Part shown: in pieces, positions 1-9,602 of the stretch
Layout of the letters: every line of letters starts with the position of its first letter
How positions within the stretch are numbered: position 1 is the stretch's first letter
Assembly: GCA_965224465.1 (NCBI GenBank)
Contig: OZ245049.1
Location: 30,001-62,000, forward strand
DNA from: Flavobacteriaceae bacterium
GTDB lineage: Bacteria > Bacteroidota > Bacteroidia > Flavobacteriales > Flavobacteriaceae
DNA: 32,000 bases
Reading direction: 5' to 3'
The notes under the pieces: model-generated
Database searches by the model: none
Told to the model about the DNA's origin: nothing
What the model saw: only the letters and a program-made list of their open reading frames with translations
Program-made: the position numbers and the translations under genes

Positions 1-100
1 TAAAAAAATAATTCTATTTCTAAACCATCACTTGGACATTTAATTGGTAGAACAAAAAATAATTCTATTTTTAAACTGTCATTTGGGAAAGTATTTGGTA
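1..100 (+). repeat. Two tandem copies of dispersed repeat family F2 (AAAATAATTCYATTTYTAAACNNTCAYTTGG..TTTAATTGGTA)
   Basis: 1-49 and 54-100 resemble each other. Both also resemble 18018-18069 directly, and 10533-10575 and 24635-24680 in reverse complement. Confidence 0.7.
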
Positions 101-252
101 TAAGTGAATATTCGTTCACAAAAGGATTGTTAAAATACGCGTGCGTAATGCTTGTTATGATGTCATTTAACCTCTCTAAATTGTTATTTCTTTATGAAAA
201 TCTTATAATTGGAGTATATTTCTTTATCTTTCACAAGTTTTAAAATAAAAAT

Positions 253-1554
253 ATGAAGAAATTAGCGTTACACTGGAAGATATTATTAGGTATGGGATTA
301 GGAGTAGGATTTGCGCTGCTGATGTTAAACTTTAGTTTTGGGAAACAATTTGTAATAGATTGGGTCAAACCTTTTGGAAGTATTTTTATTAAGTCATTAA
401 AGCTGATAGCAGTACCTTTAATATTGGCATCATTAATAAAAGGGGTATCGGATTTAAAGGATATTTCCAAACTTTCTAAAATGGGAGGTCGTACTATTGG
501 GGTGTATATTTTGACTACAATTCTAGCGGTAAGTATAGGTTTGGCTATTGTGAACATTGTAAAACCAGGGAGTTATATAGATACTCAAACGCGTAAAGAG
601 TTAATGGAAAGCAGTAAGGAAAAGGCTGCGAGTAAAATTTCAGCAGCACATCAGCAAAAAGAAACAGGTCCTCTACAAGCTCTTGAAGATTTAGTTCCTT
701 CCAATATATTTTCTGCGGCTTCTAGTAATAGAAATATGCTGCAAGTCATCTTTTTTGCAATCTTTTTTGGGATTGGATTGATTTTAATTCCAGAAAAAAA
801 AGCAAAACCAGTAAAACGATTTTTTGATAGTTTTAATGAAGTTATTTTAAAAATGATCGATTTAATAATGTTGGCAGCTCCCTATGGAGTATTTGCGTTA
901 TTGGCATCATTGATTGTAGAATCTCCGAGTTTGGCTTTGTTTAAAGCCTTAGGGATGTACGCTGTTTGTGTGGTGTTTGGATTGTTAATTATGATTGGGT
1001 TCTATGTTTTATTGGTGTTTTTGTATACCAAGAAATCCCCTCAGTTTTTCTTAAGAGGAATTTCTCCAGCACAATTGTTGGCGTTTTCTACCAGTAGTAG
1101 TGCAGCGACCTTGCCTGTTACTATGGAGCGAGTAGAAGAACATTTAGGAGTTGAGGGAGAAGTCACAAGTTTTGTGTTGCCTATTGGAGCTACTATTAAT
1201 ATGGATGGAACTAGTTTGTATCAAGCCGTAGCAGCTGTGTTTATTGCCCAGGCTTTTGGTATGGATTTATCTTTAGGCGTACAATTAGGAATTATTGCCA
1301 CGGCGACTTTAGCGTCTATTGGCTCCGCAGCTGTTCCTGGAGCAGGAATGGTAATGTTAGTAATTGTATTAGCCCAAGCGGGAATTCCAGAAGCAGGATT
1401 GGCACTTATTTTTGCGGTGGACAGACCTTTAGATATGTGTAGAACGGTAGTAAACGTTACAGGCGATGCAGCGGTAACTATGATTGTTGCAAAATCTGTT
1501 GATAAATTAGGAACGCCAAAAGTAAAAGATTGGGACGATAATTATCCGTCTTAA
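253..1554 (+). CDS. Dicarboxylate/amino acid:cation symporter (DAACS / GltP-like family)
   Basis: 433-aa polytopic membrane ORF. It has family-typical segments (SSSAATLP, NMDGTSLYQAVAAVFIAQ, DRPLDMCRTVVNVTGD). Confidence 0.9.
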   Translation: MKKLALHWKILLGMGLGVGFALLMLNFSFGKQFVIDWVKPFGSIFIKSLKLIAVPLILASLIKGVSDLKDISKLSKMGGRTIGVYILTTILAVSIGLAIVNIVKPGSYIDTQTRKELMESSKEKAASKISAAHQQKETGPLQALEDLVPSNIFSAASSNRNMLQVIFFAIFFGIGLILIPEKKAKPVKRFFDSFNEVILKMIDLIMLAAPYGVFALLASLIVESPSLALFKALGMYAVCVVFGLLIMIGFYVLLVFLYTKKSPQFFLRGISPAQLLAFSTSSSAATLPVTMERVEEHLGVEGEVTSFVLPIGATINMDGTSLYQAVAAVFIAQAFGMDLSLGVQLGIIATATLASIGSAAVPGAGMVMLVIVLAQAGIPEAGLALIFAVDRPLDMCRTVVNVTGDAAVTMIVAKSVDKLGTPKVKDWDDNYPS

Positions 1555-1557
1555 AAA

Positions 1558-1965
1558 TTAGATAAATCGATCGTGGTGTCTGTTTGTGAAAAGTGCGCAT
1601 TGTTCTTTTTTTCCAAACCATTGATACCTATGCTTTGCGATGTATCTGTAAATGGAATCTCGTAGTTTTTTTGGGATATATATTAGAAAATAACAATATT
1701 TCCAACATCCAGAAAGGTGTTTGCAAATGTGTAAAGCAGCCGAAGATTGTTTGTACAATACGCCGTTTTCAATGTATATGATACTATCGATTGTAGGATC
1801 AGTTATGCCGTGTTTTTTTAAGACTTGTTTAGCTTTTTCGGATTGTAAAGAAGCAAAACTAAAAACGGCTGATGCATCATGTTTTAAAATAAATAAAACA
1901 GAGGAATTACATAGGTTACAGACCCCATCAAATAGAATAATATAATTATTTTTATTTTTTTTCAC
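1558..1965 (-). CDS. DCC-family thiol-disulfide oxidoreductase (DUF393)
   Basis: 135-aa ORF with the N-terminal FDGVCNLCN motif (CxxC) typical of DCC1-like proteins. Confidence 0.8.
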   Translation of the reverse strand: MKKNKNNYIILFDGVCNLCNSSVLFILKHDASAVFSFASLQSEKAKQVLKKHGITDPTIDSIIYIENGVLYKQSSAALHICKHLSGCWKYCYFLIYIPKKLRDSIYRYIAKHRYQWFGKKEQCALFTNRHHDRFI

Positions 1966-2066
1966 GTTTCAAAGTTACAATATTGTTTTTAAGTCGTCTT
2001 TTAACAAAAGATTAATAGATACTGTGTAACGCATTGTTTAAATTCGTAACAAATCCATACGCTATA

Positions 2067-2765
2067 ATGATCAAAATTAAAAACTTACATAAGTCATACC
2101 CGATAGGGAAAGATTCCTTACATGTTCTTAAGGGCATTGATTTACATATTAAAGAAGGAGAATTTGTCTCTATTATGGGCTCTTCTGGTTCAGGAAAATC
2201 TACTTTGTTAAACATTGTAGGACTTCTGGACGAACATGATGAAGGTGATTATTTCTTGAATGGACAGAAAATTGAAAAGTTAGATGAAAAGAAAGCCGCA
2301 ATCCTTAGAAATAAATTTTTAGGTTTTGTATTTCAATCTTTTAATTTGATTGCCTATAAGAATGCACTTGAGAATGTAGCATTGCCATTGTATTACAAAG
2401 GGGTAGGGCGTAAAGAACGTCAGATAATTGCCATGGAGTATTTAGATAAAGTGGGCTTAAAGGATTGGGCTAACCATTTACCAAACGAACTTTCAGGAGG
2501 TCAAAAACAACGTGTAGCCATCGCGAGAGCATTGGTTGCAAAACCTAAAGTAGTGTTGGCAGATGAACCTACAGGCGCCTTGGATTCTACTACTTCAGAA
2601 TCAGTGATGAAATTGTTAAAAGATATTAATGACGAAGGGATGACGGTTTTTGTAATTACACACGAAGAGGATATTGCAGCACAGACAGATCGTATAGTAC
2701 GCTTAAAAGATGGTGTTATTATTAGCGATGAATTAGTAAAAAAAGTAACTGTTAAAACCTCGTAA
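2067..2765 (+). CDS. ABC transporter ATP-binding protein (MacB/LolD-like)
   Basis: Walker [10 protein letters not shown], signature LSGGQKQR, Walker [13 protein letters not shown]. The start is set at the internal ATG (MIKIKNL), which is the typical N-terminus; the track ORF begins at 2034. Confidence 0.9.
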   Translation: MIKIKNLHKSYPIGKDSLHVLKGIDLHIKEGEFVSIMGSSGSGKSTLLNIVGLLDEHDEGDYFLNGQKIEKLDEKKAAILRNKFLGFVFQSFNLIAYKNALENVALPLYYKGVGRKERQIIAMEYLDKVGLKDWANHLPNELSGGQKQRVAIARALVAKPKVVLADEPTGALDSTTSESVMKLLKDINDEGMTVFVITHEEDIAAQTDRIVRLKDGVIISDELVKKVTVKTS

Positions 2766-2768
2766 TAT

Positions 2769-4001
2769 ATGTTTAGCATAGATCGTTGGCGAGAGATATT
2801 TCAAAACATTACAAAAAATAAACTGCGTACAGCCTTGTCTGGTTTTACCATTGCCTTTGCAATTTTGTTGTTTACTTTATTGTTTGGGATTGCAAATGGA
2901 TTATTTAATACCTTCCAAAAAGAATTTAAAGGAGATGCGCAAAATTCTGTTTATATCAGAGCCGGACTTACAACAAAACCATACAAAGGTTTGCAAAGTG
3001 GGAGGAGAATTCAACTTAAAAATGATGACACTCAATTTATTTTAGATGAATTTGAAAATAGCATTCAATATTTTAGTCCTAATATAGAGAGATATGCTGT
3101 CCAAGCAGTGTACAAAGGAGAACAAAATAATTATACAGTTAGGGCGGTTTATCCAGACTATCAACCCTTAGAATCTTCGGAAATATTGAGCGGGAGATTT
3201 TTATCCATGTTTGATTTGCATGAGTTTAAAAAAGTGGTAGTTATTGGTAGAATGGTTGAGAAAGATTTATATGCACCTTTTAGAGCTGTAGGGAAAAATA
3301 TAACCTTAAATGGAATATCATATCTTGTAGTAGGTGTCTTTACAGATCCTGGAGGGGATGAAGATGAACGGTATATTTATACGCCTTTTACGACTGCACA
3401 ACGTTTGTATGGAGGTACAGATCACGTAGATAAGTATGGATTGACTTACAACCCAAATTTAAGTGTAGATCAAGCACTTTCTTTTACAAGATTGTTAACC
3501 AAGAAGCTAAAAGTTAAACACGGAATTGCACCGAAAGATCAAAGAGCAATTCGTGTACAGAACTACGCAGAAGGAAAGAGAGATGTTCAGAATTTTATGA
3601 TGGTATTGAATGTCATAATTCTATTTATTGGAATTGGTACTTTGATAGCTGGTATTATAGGAATTTCTAATATTATGGTCTATATCGTAAAAGAGAGAAC
3701 CAAGGAATTAGGAATAAGAAAAGCATTAGGAGCTACCCCGAGTTCTATTATCGGTATGATTATGCACGAATCTATTTTTATTACAGCTGTGTCTGGGTAT
3801 TTTGGACTGCTTCTCGGGATGTTTATATTAAAATTATTAGGCACTAGTTTGGAAAAATATTTTATTTTGAACCCAAGTGTAAAACCAGGGGTTGTAATAG
3901 GAGCTACCATTATATTAATTCTTGCAGGTACTTTGGCAGGGTATATTCCTGCAAAAAGAGCTGCTAGAATTAAACCTATAGAAGCATTAAACGATACATA
4001 A
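2769..4001 (+). CDS. ABC transporter permease, MacB-like (FtsX domain)
   Basis: 410 aa with an N-terminal TM segment, a large periplasmic domain and a C-terminal FtsX-type motif (KERTKELGIRKALGA). Starts 4 nt after the ATPase stop. Confidence 0.85.
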   Translation: MFSIDRWREIFQNITKNKLRTALSGFTIAFAILLFTLLFGIANGLFNTFQKEFKGDAQNSVYIRAGLTTKPYKGLQSGRRIQLKNDDTQFILDEFENSIQYFSPNIERYAVQAVYKGEQNNYTVRAVYPDYQPLESSEILSGRFLSMFDLHEFKKVVVIGRMVEKDLYAPFRAVGKNITLNGISYLVVGVFTDPGGDEDERYIYTPFTTAQRLYGGTDHVDKYGLTYNPNLSVDQALSFTRLLTKKLKVKHGIAPKDQRAIRVQNYAEGKRDVQNFMMVLNVIILFIGIGTLIAGIIGISNIMVYIVKERTKELGIRKALGATPSSIIGMIMHESIFITAVSGYFGLLLGMFILKLLGTSLEKYFILNPSVKPGVVIGATIILILAGTLAGYIPAKRAARIKPIEALNDT

Positions 4002-5249
4002 ATGAAGAATTTTATATTAGATATTGATACCTGGCAGGAAATTTATAGTAGCATTCGTAAAAATAAAATACGTACTGCTATTACCGTTATTGGTGTAATG
4101 TGGGGGATTTTTTTATTGATTGTTTTATTGGGAACTGCCCGTGGAGTAGAAAATAATTTCAATAAAATATTTGGAGATTTTGCGACCAATAGTGTTTTTA
4201 TATGGGCGCAGCAAACAAGTAAACCCTTTAAAGGCTTTCAAGAAGGCAAGAGGTTGAGGCTTAAAATGACCGATGTAGAGAGTATACGTAAAGAAGTGGA
4301 GGGACTAGAATTTGTAGTTCCCAGACATCAGGCGACTGCTTTGGCTGTGCATGATTTTAAATCTGGTTCTTTTGGTATTTTTGGAGATTATCCTACCCTA
4401 GATCTAGTTCAAAAAAAGAACATGGTTGAAGGTCGTTTTATAAATGATCTTGATATTCGTGAAAAACGTAAAATATGTGTTATTGAAAGCGAAATCTATA
4501 AACAACTTTTTGATAAAAATGAAGTAGTTATAGGCGAGTATATGAAGATAAATGATATTAATTATAAGATTGTGGGTCTTTATAAAGATAAGAAAATTGG
4601 CGGAGGGGGACCTAAAGGAGCGATACATATACCGTTTACTACATTTCAGCAGGTATATAATCGTGGAAATGAAATAGGATGGATGATGGTGACTGGAAAA
4701 CCAGCGTTTAGTATTACCCAGATAGAGGCGGATATTAAATTGTTATTGAGGAATTTGCATAAGGTACACCCCAAAGATGAAAGAGCTTTTGGAAGTTTTA
4801 ACCTTGGTAAAGAGTTTAAAAAAGTAACAGGTTTTTTAATGGGTATGCAGTTTTTAACTTGGTTTGTAGGTATAGCTACACTAATTGCAGGTGTTTTTGC
4901 TATTGGGAATATTTTGCTGATTACCGTAAAGGAACGGACAAAAGAAATAGGGATTAGAAGGGCTTTAGGTGCGAAACCATGGGAGATCAAAAGACAAATT
5001 ATATTGGAATCTGTTTTTTTAACAAGTCTGGCAGGGGTGTTAGGAATTATTTTAGGAGGTTTTGTATTAATGATTATTGATGCAACCCTAGGTAAGGCAG
5101 AAGGGGGCACCATCACAAATCCAACGGTAGATATTCCAGTGGTGATTATTTCTTTAACTACCTTAGTGGTTTTAGGAACTTTAATTGGATTGATTCCTGC
5201 CCATACGGCGGTGAGTATTAAGCCAATTGATGCATTAAGAGAAGAATAA
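4002..5249 (+). CDS. ABC transporter permease, MacB-like (FtsX domain), paralog of the preceding gene
   Basis: 415 aa with the same architecture (KERTKEIGIRRALGA). Its start abuts the previous stop. Confidence 0.85.
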   Translation: MKNFILDIDTWQEIYSSIRKNKIRTAITVIGVMWGIFLLIVLLGTARGVENNFNKIFGDFATNSVFIWAQQTSKPFKGFQEGKRLRLKMTDVESIRKEVEGLEFVVPRHQATALAVHDFKSGSFGIFGDYPTLDLVQKKNMVEGRFINDLDIREKRKICVIESEIYKQLFDKNEVVIGEYMKINDINYKIVGLYKDKKIGGGGPKGAIHIPFTTFQQVYNRGNEIGWMMVTGKPAFSITQIEADIKLLLRNLHKVHPKDERAFGSFNLGKEFKKVTGFLMGMQFLTWFVGIATLIAGVFAIGNILLITVKERTKEIGIRRALGAKPWEIKRQIILESVFLTSLAGVLGIILGGFVLMIIDATLGKAEGGTITNPTVDIPVVIISLTTLVVLGTLIGLIPAHTAVSIKPIDALREE

Positions 5250-5278
5250 AATTTAATAAAAGTAGAAAAATAAAAGAA

Positions 5279-6391
5279 ATGAAAAAAATTATAGCGTTTT
5301 CAATAATTGGAATTTTATTTATTACTGTATTGGTGTGGTTTGGGAAAAAGAATACCGCCTCTCCAATATCGTATGAGACAGAGAAAGCATTTAAAGCAAC
5401 TATTGTAAAAAAAACCGTTGCTACAGGTAAGGTTGTACCTCTTGAAGAAGTGGAAATTAAACCTAAGATTTCTGGAATTATAGAAAAAATATATGTAGAA
5501 GAAGGGGCTGTAGTTAAGATTGGTGATCTGATTGCCACAGTACGCGTAGTACCCAATGTACAATCTTTAAACTCCGCTAGAGGGCGTGTTAAAAATGTGC
5601 AGTTGCAATACGAAAACTCAAAAATATCTTTTGAGAGATCTAAAGGTTTGTATGAAAAAGGAGTGGTTTCTCGCCAAGATTTTGAAAAAGCTGAATTGGA
5701 CCTTAATAGTGCAAAACAAAACCTTAGAAATTCACAATCCGATTATCAAATTATCAAAAAAGGTTCTGCCGCTGGAATGGGGAGCTCTGCCAATACCTAT
5801 ATAAAAGCAGAAATTTCTGGAACTATTCTTGAAATACCAGTACGTAAAGGATATCAAGTAATTGAATCTAATACGTTTAATGCAGGTACTACTATTGCTA
5901 CCATTGCTGATATGAGTAAAATGATTTTTGAAGGGAAAGTGGATGAAGCAGAAGTAGGACGTATTAAAAATGGAACCATATTGGAAATCTCCCTTGGTGC
6001 TATTGAAAATAAAACATACAAAGCAAAACTGAATTTTATTGCTCCTAAAGGCACGGAAGAAAATGGAGCTGTGCAATTTAAAATTAAAGCTGATATCTCT
6101 TTGGATGATGAGTATTTTGTGCGTGCCAATTATAGTGCCAATGCAGATATTATCTTGGCGCAAAAGGACAGCGTGTTATCTATAAAAGAAGCATTGCTAC
6201 AATTTCATAAAAGAACAGAAAAACCTTACGTAGAAGTTAAAATAGGTGATCAGAAATTTGAAAAAAGAGATCTAGAATTAGGGATCTCAGACGGAATTAA
6301 CGTTGAGATCCTATCAGGTATCACAATGGATGATGAAATTAAAATTTGGAATAAAACCTCAAAGAAAAAAGAGGATGATGACGAAGACTAA
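5279..6391 (+). CDS. Efflux transporter periplasmic adaptor subunit (HlyD/MacA family)
   Basis: 370 aa with an N-terminal membrane anchor, a lipoyl-like segment (GDLIATV), a coiled-coil hairpin and a beta-barrel region. It is the last gene of the ABC operon. Confidence 0.85.
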   Translation: MKKIIAFSIIGILFITVLVWFGKKNTASPISYETEKAFKATIVKKTVATGKVVPLEEVEIKPKISGIIEKIYVEEGAVVKIGDLIATVRVVPNVQSLNSARGRVKNVQLQYENSKISFERSKGLYEKGVVSRQDFEKAELDLNSAKQNLRNSQSDYQIIKKGSAAGMGSSANTYIKAEISGTILEIPVRKGYQVIESNTFNAGTTIATIADMSKMIFEGKVDEAEVGRIKNGTILEISLGAIENKTYKAKLNFIAPKGTEENGAVQFKIKADISLDDEYFVRANYSANADIILAQKDSVLSIKEALLQFHKRTEKPYVEVKIGDQKFEKRDLELGISDGINVEILSGITMDDEIKIWNKTSKKKEDDDED

Positions 6392-6423
6392 TTAGATTTT
6401 AAAATAAATTGATTTTTAAAAAT

Positions 6424-6453
6424 GTCTCAAAGCAATTTGAGGCGTTTTTTTTT
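6424..6453 (+). terminator. Rho-independent terminator of the ABC efflux operon
   Basis: GTCTCAAA-gcaa-TTTGAGGC stem (one G-U pair) followed by a run of 9 T. Confidence 0.7.
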
Positions 6454-6477
6454 GTATCTTTAGTGTAGGAATTGTTT

Positions 6478-6625
6478 CAGTAAGGCAGTAAGGCAGTAAG
6501 GCAGTAAGGCAGTAAGGCAGTAAGGCAGTAAGGCAGTAAGGCAGTAAGGCAGTAAGGCAGTAAGGCAGTAAGGCAGTAAGGCAGTAAGGCAGTAAGGCAG
6601 TAAGGCAGTAAGGCAGTAAGGCAGT
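6478..6625. repeat. Perfect 8-bp microsatellite (CAGTAAGG) x 18.5
   Basis: Read directly: 148 nt of uninterrupted 8-nt periodicity, and the first deviation is at 6626. It lies between the operon terminator and the ATG at 6675. Confidence 0.97.
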
Positions 6626-6674
6626 GAGATGATTAGCAACGAATAGGCAGCAACAAAATCAAAAAAGAGATTAT

Positions 6675-7055
6675 ATGGAAAGTCAGTTTATGTACCTTAG
6701 TGATCTGAATTTTAATTTAGATGTTTGGAAAAGAGAGTTAAAGTTTCAAGAAAATGAAATGGAGTATTTTGATGAACAATTGGAAACAATTGTGATGAGA
6801 AATCTCGAAAAGGATACCTTGAAAACCTTGGAGCGATTTCAAAATAAAATCATTATTGAAAGGAAGGAAATTCGTAAACTTAGACATAGAATTCGCTTGA
6901 AAAAACGTGAATTGGCACAAGTAAATGTAGTGGTAGAACCGGTAACTAATTATCATTCTAAACAATTGCATTTAAAAGATGATATGAGAACCTTTCACAA
7001 ACTTAATTATGATTTTAAAGAAGGTATTATGGATTTCTTTTTAAAGAATCTTTAA
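6675..7055 (+). CDS. Hypothetical small coiled-coil protein
   Basis: 126-aa ORF rich in charged heptad-like sequence, followed by a terminator. No family recognised. Confidence 0.5.
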   Translation: MESQFMYLSDLNFNLDVWKRELKFQENEMEYFDEQLETIVMRNLEKDTLKTLERFQNKIIIERKEIRKLRHRIRLKKRELAQVNVVVEPVTNYHSKQLHLKDDMRTFHKLNYDFKEGIMDFFLKNL

Positions 7056-7063
7056 GTCTATAT

Positions 7064-7095
7064 AAAAAAAAGCTGCCTTTGGTGGCTTTTTTTAA
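7064..7095 (+). terminator. Rho-independent terminator
   Basis: AAAAAAGCTGCC-ttt-GGTGGCTTTTTTT: a GC-containing stem with two G-U pairs plus a T-run. The A-run upstream suggests it could work in both directions. Confidence 0.55.
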
Positions 7096-7221
7096 TGGGT
7101 ATAATTTAGTGTTAAGAGGGGATGTATGGACTTATCGTGAATGTAAAATAAGAAGCCTTAATGTTGAATTCTATAAGTAGAAAATATAATGGATGAATTC
7201 AGGGCTAGAGTGTTTGTAAAG

Positions 7222-7484
7222 CATTATTCATTCCTTTTCGCTATCACCTAGTAGCTATGATTACTAATTGATGTTTATTTATAAGCTGAAATCATATTTT
7301 ATAGTTAAGAGACTGACTCGTAATTTATTACCAATCACTCATTCCTTTTACTATTACCTAGTTGCTATGATTACTAGTTGATGTTTATTTACAAGCTAGA
7401 ATCATATTTTACAGTTAAGAGCTTGCTTCATCATTCATCACCCATCCCTTATTTCTTTTCGCGATCACCTAGTTGATCTTCTGG
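7222..7484. repeat. Tandem direct repeat, ~111-bp period, ~2.4 copies
   Basis: 7229-7330 and 7340-7440 align at high identity (CATTCCTTTT.C.AT.ACCTAGT.GCTATGATTACTA.TTGATGTTTATTTA.AAGCT.GAATCATATTTTA.AGTTAAGAG). A partial third unit (TTCTTTTCGCGATCACCTAG) lies at 7454-7484. Confidence 0.85.
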
Positions 7485-7493
7485 ACTTTCTAA

Positions 7494-7955
7494 TTAAATA
7501 TTATACTCCGTAGTTCTCATAATTTCCTTTAATACAAAGTAGCTTTCTAAGACACCTATATTTTCAATTTTAGAAAGTTTTTTTCGTATAAAGTGGTGGT
7601 ATTCATCAAGACTGGATAGGTTGATTTTTAAAAAAAAATCTACTTTTCCTGCCATGTGGTAACATTCTTGTACTTCTTTTAATTCTTTTATTTGGCGTTC
7701 AAAAGTATCAATAAAACCTTCGTTGTGATAGCGGAGCGATACCATACAAATGGCTGTTACAGGAATGTTTAGTTTTTTTCGGTCTAGTAAGGCGACGTAT
7801 TTTTGTATAAACCCTCTTTTTTCCAAGCGTCTTGTACGTTCATAAATAGGAGAGGAGCTAAGGTTGAGTATTTCTGCCACTTCTTTGGTCGTTTTCTTAG
7901 AATCCTTTTGTAGGATGCGTAAAATATTAAGGTCTATTTCGTCTAGTTTTTCCAA
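7494..7955 (-). CDS. Lrp/AsnC family transcriptional regulator
   Basis: 153 aa with an N-terminal HTH (DLNILRILQKDSKKTTKEVAEILNLSSSPIYERTRRLEKRGFI) and a C-terminal RAM/AsnC_trans_reg-like domain. Confidence 0.9.
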   Translation of the reverse strand: MEKLDEIDLNILRILQKDSKKTTKEVAEILNLSSSPIYERTRRLEKRGFIQKYVALLDRKKLNIPVTAICMVSLRYHNEGFIDTFERQIKELKEVQECYHMAGKVDFFLKINLSSLDEYHHFIRKKLSKIENIGVLESYFVLKEIMRTTEYNI

Positions 7956-8123
7956 GGGCAGATGATTTTACTGGCTATTTACTTTTGTGAGGTCTTAAAA
8001 AGTAAATATGTATTAATATTGGCTAATATACAGGTAAAATCACTTAGTTAGGTCTGTTTGTAAGTTTTTTTAACGATTTTTATTTTATTTAATGTAAATT
8101 TATTCTTTTATAAAAGGTATATC

Positions 8124-9083
8124 ATGAGCAGAGAAATCATATTAATAACAGGAGCTAGCGGACAATTAGGAACGGTATTGACGGAACAATTACAAGAAAA
8201 ATTTGGTTTAGAGAACGTAATTGCTACTGATTTAAGAAGTAGAGACAATTATAGCGGAAGATTCGAATTATTAGATGTAACGGATTTAGATGCTTTAACT
8301 GCGATTGTTTTGAAAAATAATGTCACTCAAATTTATCATTTGGCAGCTATATTGTCAGCCAATGGAGAGAAATTTCCTTTAAAAACTTGGGATATTAATA
8401 TGCAGACATTTTTTAATGTTGTTGAAGTTTCTCGTTTGTACAAGGTAGATAAGGTGTTTTTTCCAAGTTCTATCGCTGTGTTTGGTGATAATATCCAACG
8501 AAATAATACACCTCAAACTACTAATTTAACACCTTCTACAGTATACGGAATGAGTAAAGTGGCTGGAGAAAATTGGGCGAATTATTATTTTAATCGTTAT
8601 GGATTGGACATTCGCTCTATTCGCTATCCTGGTGTTATAGGATATCAATCGTTACCAGGCGGTGGTACTACAGATTATGCAGTAGATATTTTTCACAAGG
8701 CAGTAGCCAACGAGAATTATGAGTGTTTCTTAAACGGAGAAACTTCTTTGCCAATGATTTATATGGAAGATGCCATTAGAGCGACCATTGCGCTAATGGA
8801 TGCACCTAAAGAGGCGATTACCATTCGTACTTCATACAATTTATCAGGAATGAGTTTTAATCCTTCGGAATTGGCTTTAGAAATCAAAAAAACATATCCA
8901 GAGTTTGAAATTACTTATGCACCTGACTTTAGACAGGCCATTGCAGATTCTTGGCCTATGAGTATCGATGATTCTGATGCAAGAAAAGACTGGAATTGGA
9001 AGCCGAAATACGACATCACGTCTTTAACGGAAGATATGATTAAAAATCTTAAACCAGCGGTTCAAGAAAAGGAGATGGTTTAG
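8124..9083 (+). CDS. NAD-dependent epimerase/dehydratase family protein, probably SDR-type L-threonine 3-dehydrogenase
   Basis: 319 aa with a GASGQLG Rossmann motif and a YGMSK catalytic Tyr-x3-Lys. The N-terminal layout (..ENVIATDLR) resembles extended-SDR threonine dehydrogenases of Flavobacteria. Divergent from the Lrp/AsnC regulator. Confidence 0.7.
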   Translation: MSREIILITGASGQLGTVLTEQLQEKFGLENVIATDLRSRDNYSGRFELLDVTDLDALTAIVLKNNVTQIYHLAAILSANGEKFPLKTWDINMQTFFNVVEVSRLYKVDKVFFPSSIAVFGDNIQRNNTPQTTNLTPSTVYGMSKVAGENWANYYFNRYGLDIRSIRYPGVIGYQSLPGGGTTDYAVDIFHKAVANENYECFLNGETSLPMIYMEDAIRATIALMDAPKEAITIRTSYNLSGMSFNPSELALEIKKTYPEFEITYAPDFRQAIADSWPMSIDDSDARKDWNWKPKYDITSLTEDMIKNLKPAVQEKEMV

Positions 9084-9163
9084 ATTATTCCAGTTAAAAA
9101 TCGGTTTTAAAAACAATATTTAACGGTTTTAAAATAAAGAGTATCGATTGATTTTATATAGGT

Positions 9164-9213
9164 GAGTTCAAAAAAGTAAATTTTATATTTATTATTTTGA
9201 ACTCGTTTTTTTT
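9164..9213 (+). terminator. Rho-independent terminator
   Basis: GAGTTCAAAA ... TTTTGAACTC 10-bp stem with a long AT loop, followed by 8 T. Confidence 0.6.
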
Positions 9214-9313
9214 GGATTTTTTCAAAGGAGTGTTTCATAGGAGTAATTGTTGTTAGCTGTCTAATTTATTTGTTTTGATGTGTGTACGATAGTTGTACGA
9301 AGTAAATAGTAGT

Positions 9314-9392
9314 TAAGCTATCGTTCTATTTTTCAACAACGCTTGAACGTAAAATAAACTATTTATATCTGTCATGTTGGATTGTAATTGGT
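9314..9392 (+). repeat. Dispersed repeat family F1 (AGCTATCGTT..AACAACGCT.GAACGTAAAA..AAC.TATTTATATC..TTGGATTGTAATTGGT)
   Basis: Aligns with 21950-22003 and 24680-24738 on the same strand, and with 17911-17990 in reverse complement. Confidence 0.75.
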
Positions 9393-9602
9393 GTACTAAC
9401 TTTGATTGCTCAATGCTGTAAAACAAATAAAATAAAAGGGAAGTACGCGTTGAGGTACAATCTTTATTGATGGCTGTTTTATTTGCGAAGATTGATATAG
9501 AGGAGAGTAGCTTTCTTGTACACAAAAAGTTAAACAACAAAAATCACGTACCTTTGTCAATTGTTAAAATCACCAAAACGGGTCAACTTATTACAAAACA
9601 AA

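Noticed and set aside
240-6163. Antisense or overlapping ORFs within the symporter and ABC operon (e.g. 240-557, 1593-1945, 2012-2215, 2501-2779, 3680-3910, 4404-5116, 5218-5563, 5732-6163)
   Set aside because: Each is fully overlapped by a strongly motif-supported gene on the other strand or frame. Their low-complexity, hydrophobic or odd composition is typical of AT-rich shadow ORFs.
6478-6625. Possible CRISPR array, given many identical short repeats (also 16051-16104)
   Set aside because: The units are 8-9 bp and directly abutting with no spacers. CRISPR repeats are about 24-48 bp and are separated by unique spacers. No cas genes are present.
9313-9540. ORFs lying in repeat DNA (9313-9540, 22126-22392, 25523-25822, 27087-27278, 23677-23910, 24840-25132)
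   Set aside because: They coincide with F1/F3 repeats, RAYT ends or antisense strands of real genes, and have no family resemblance.
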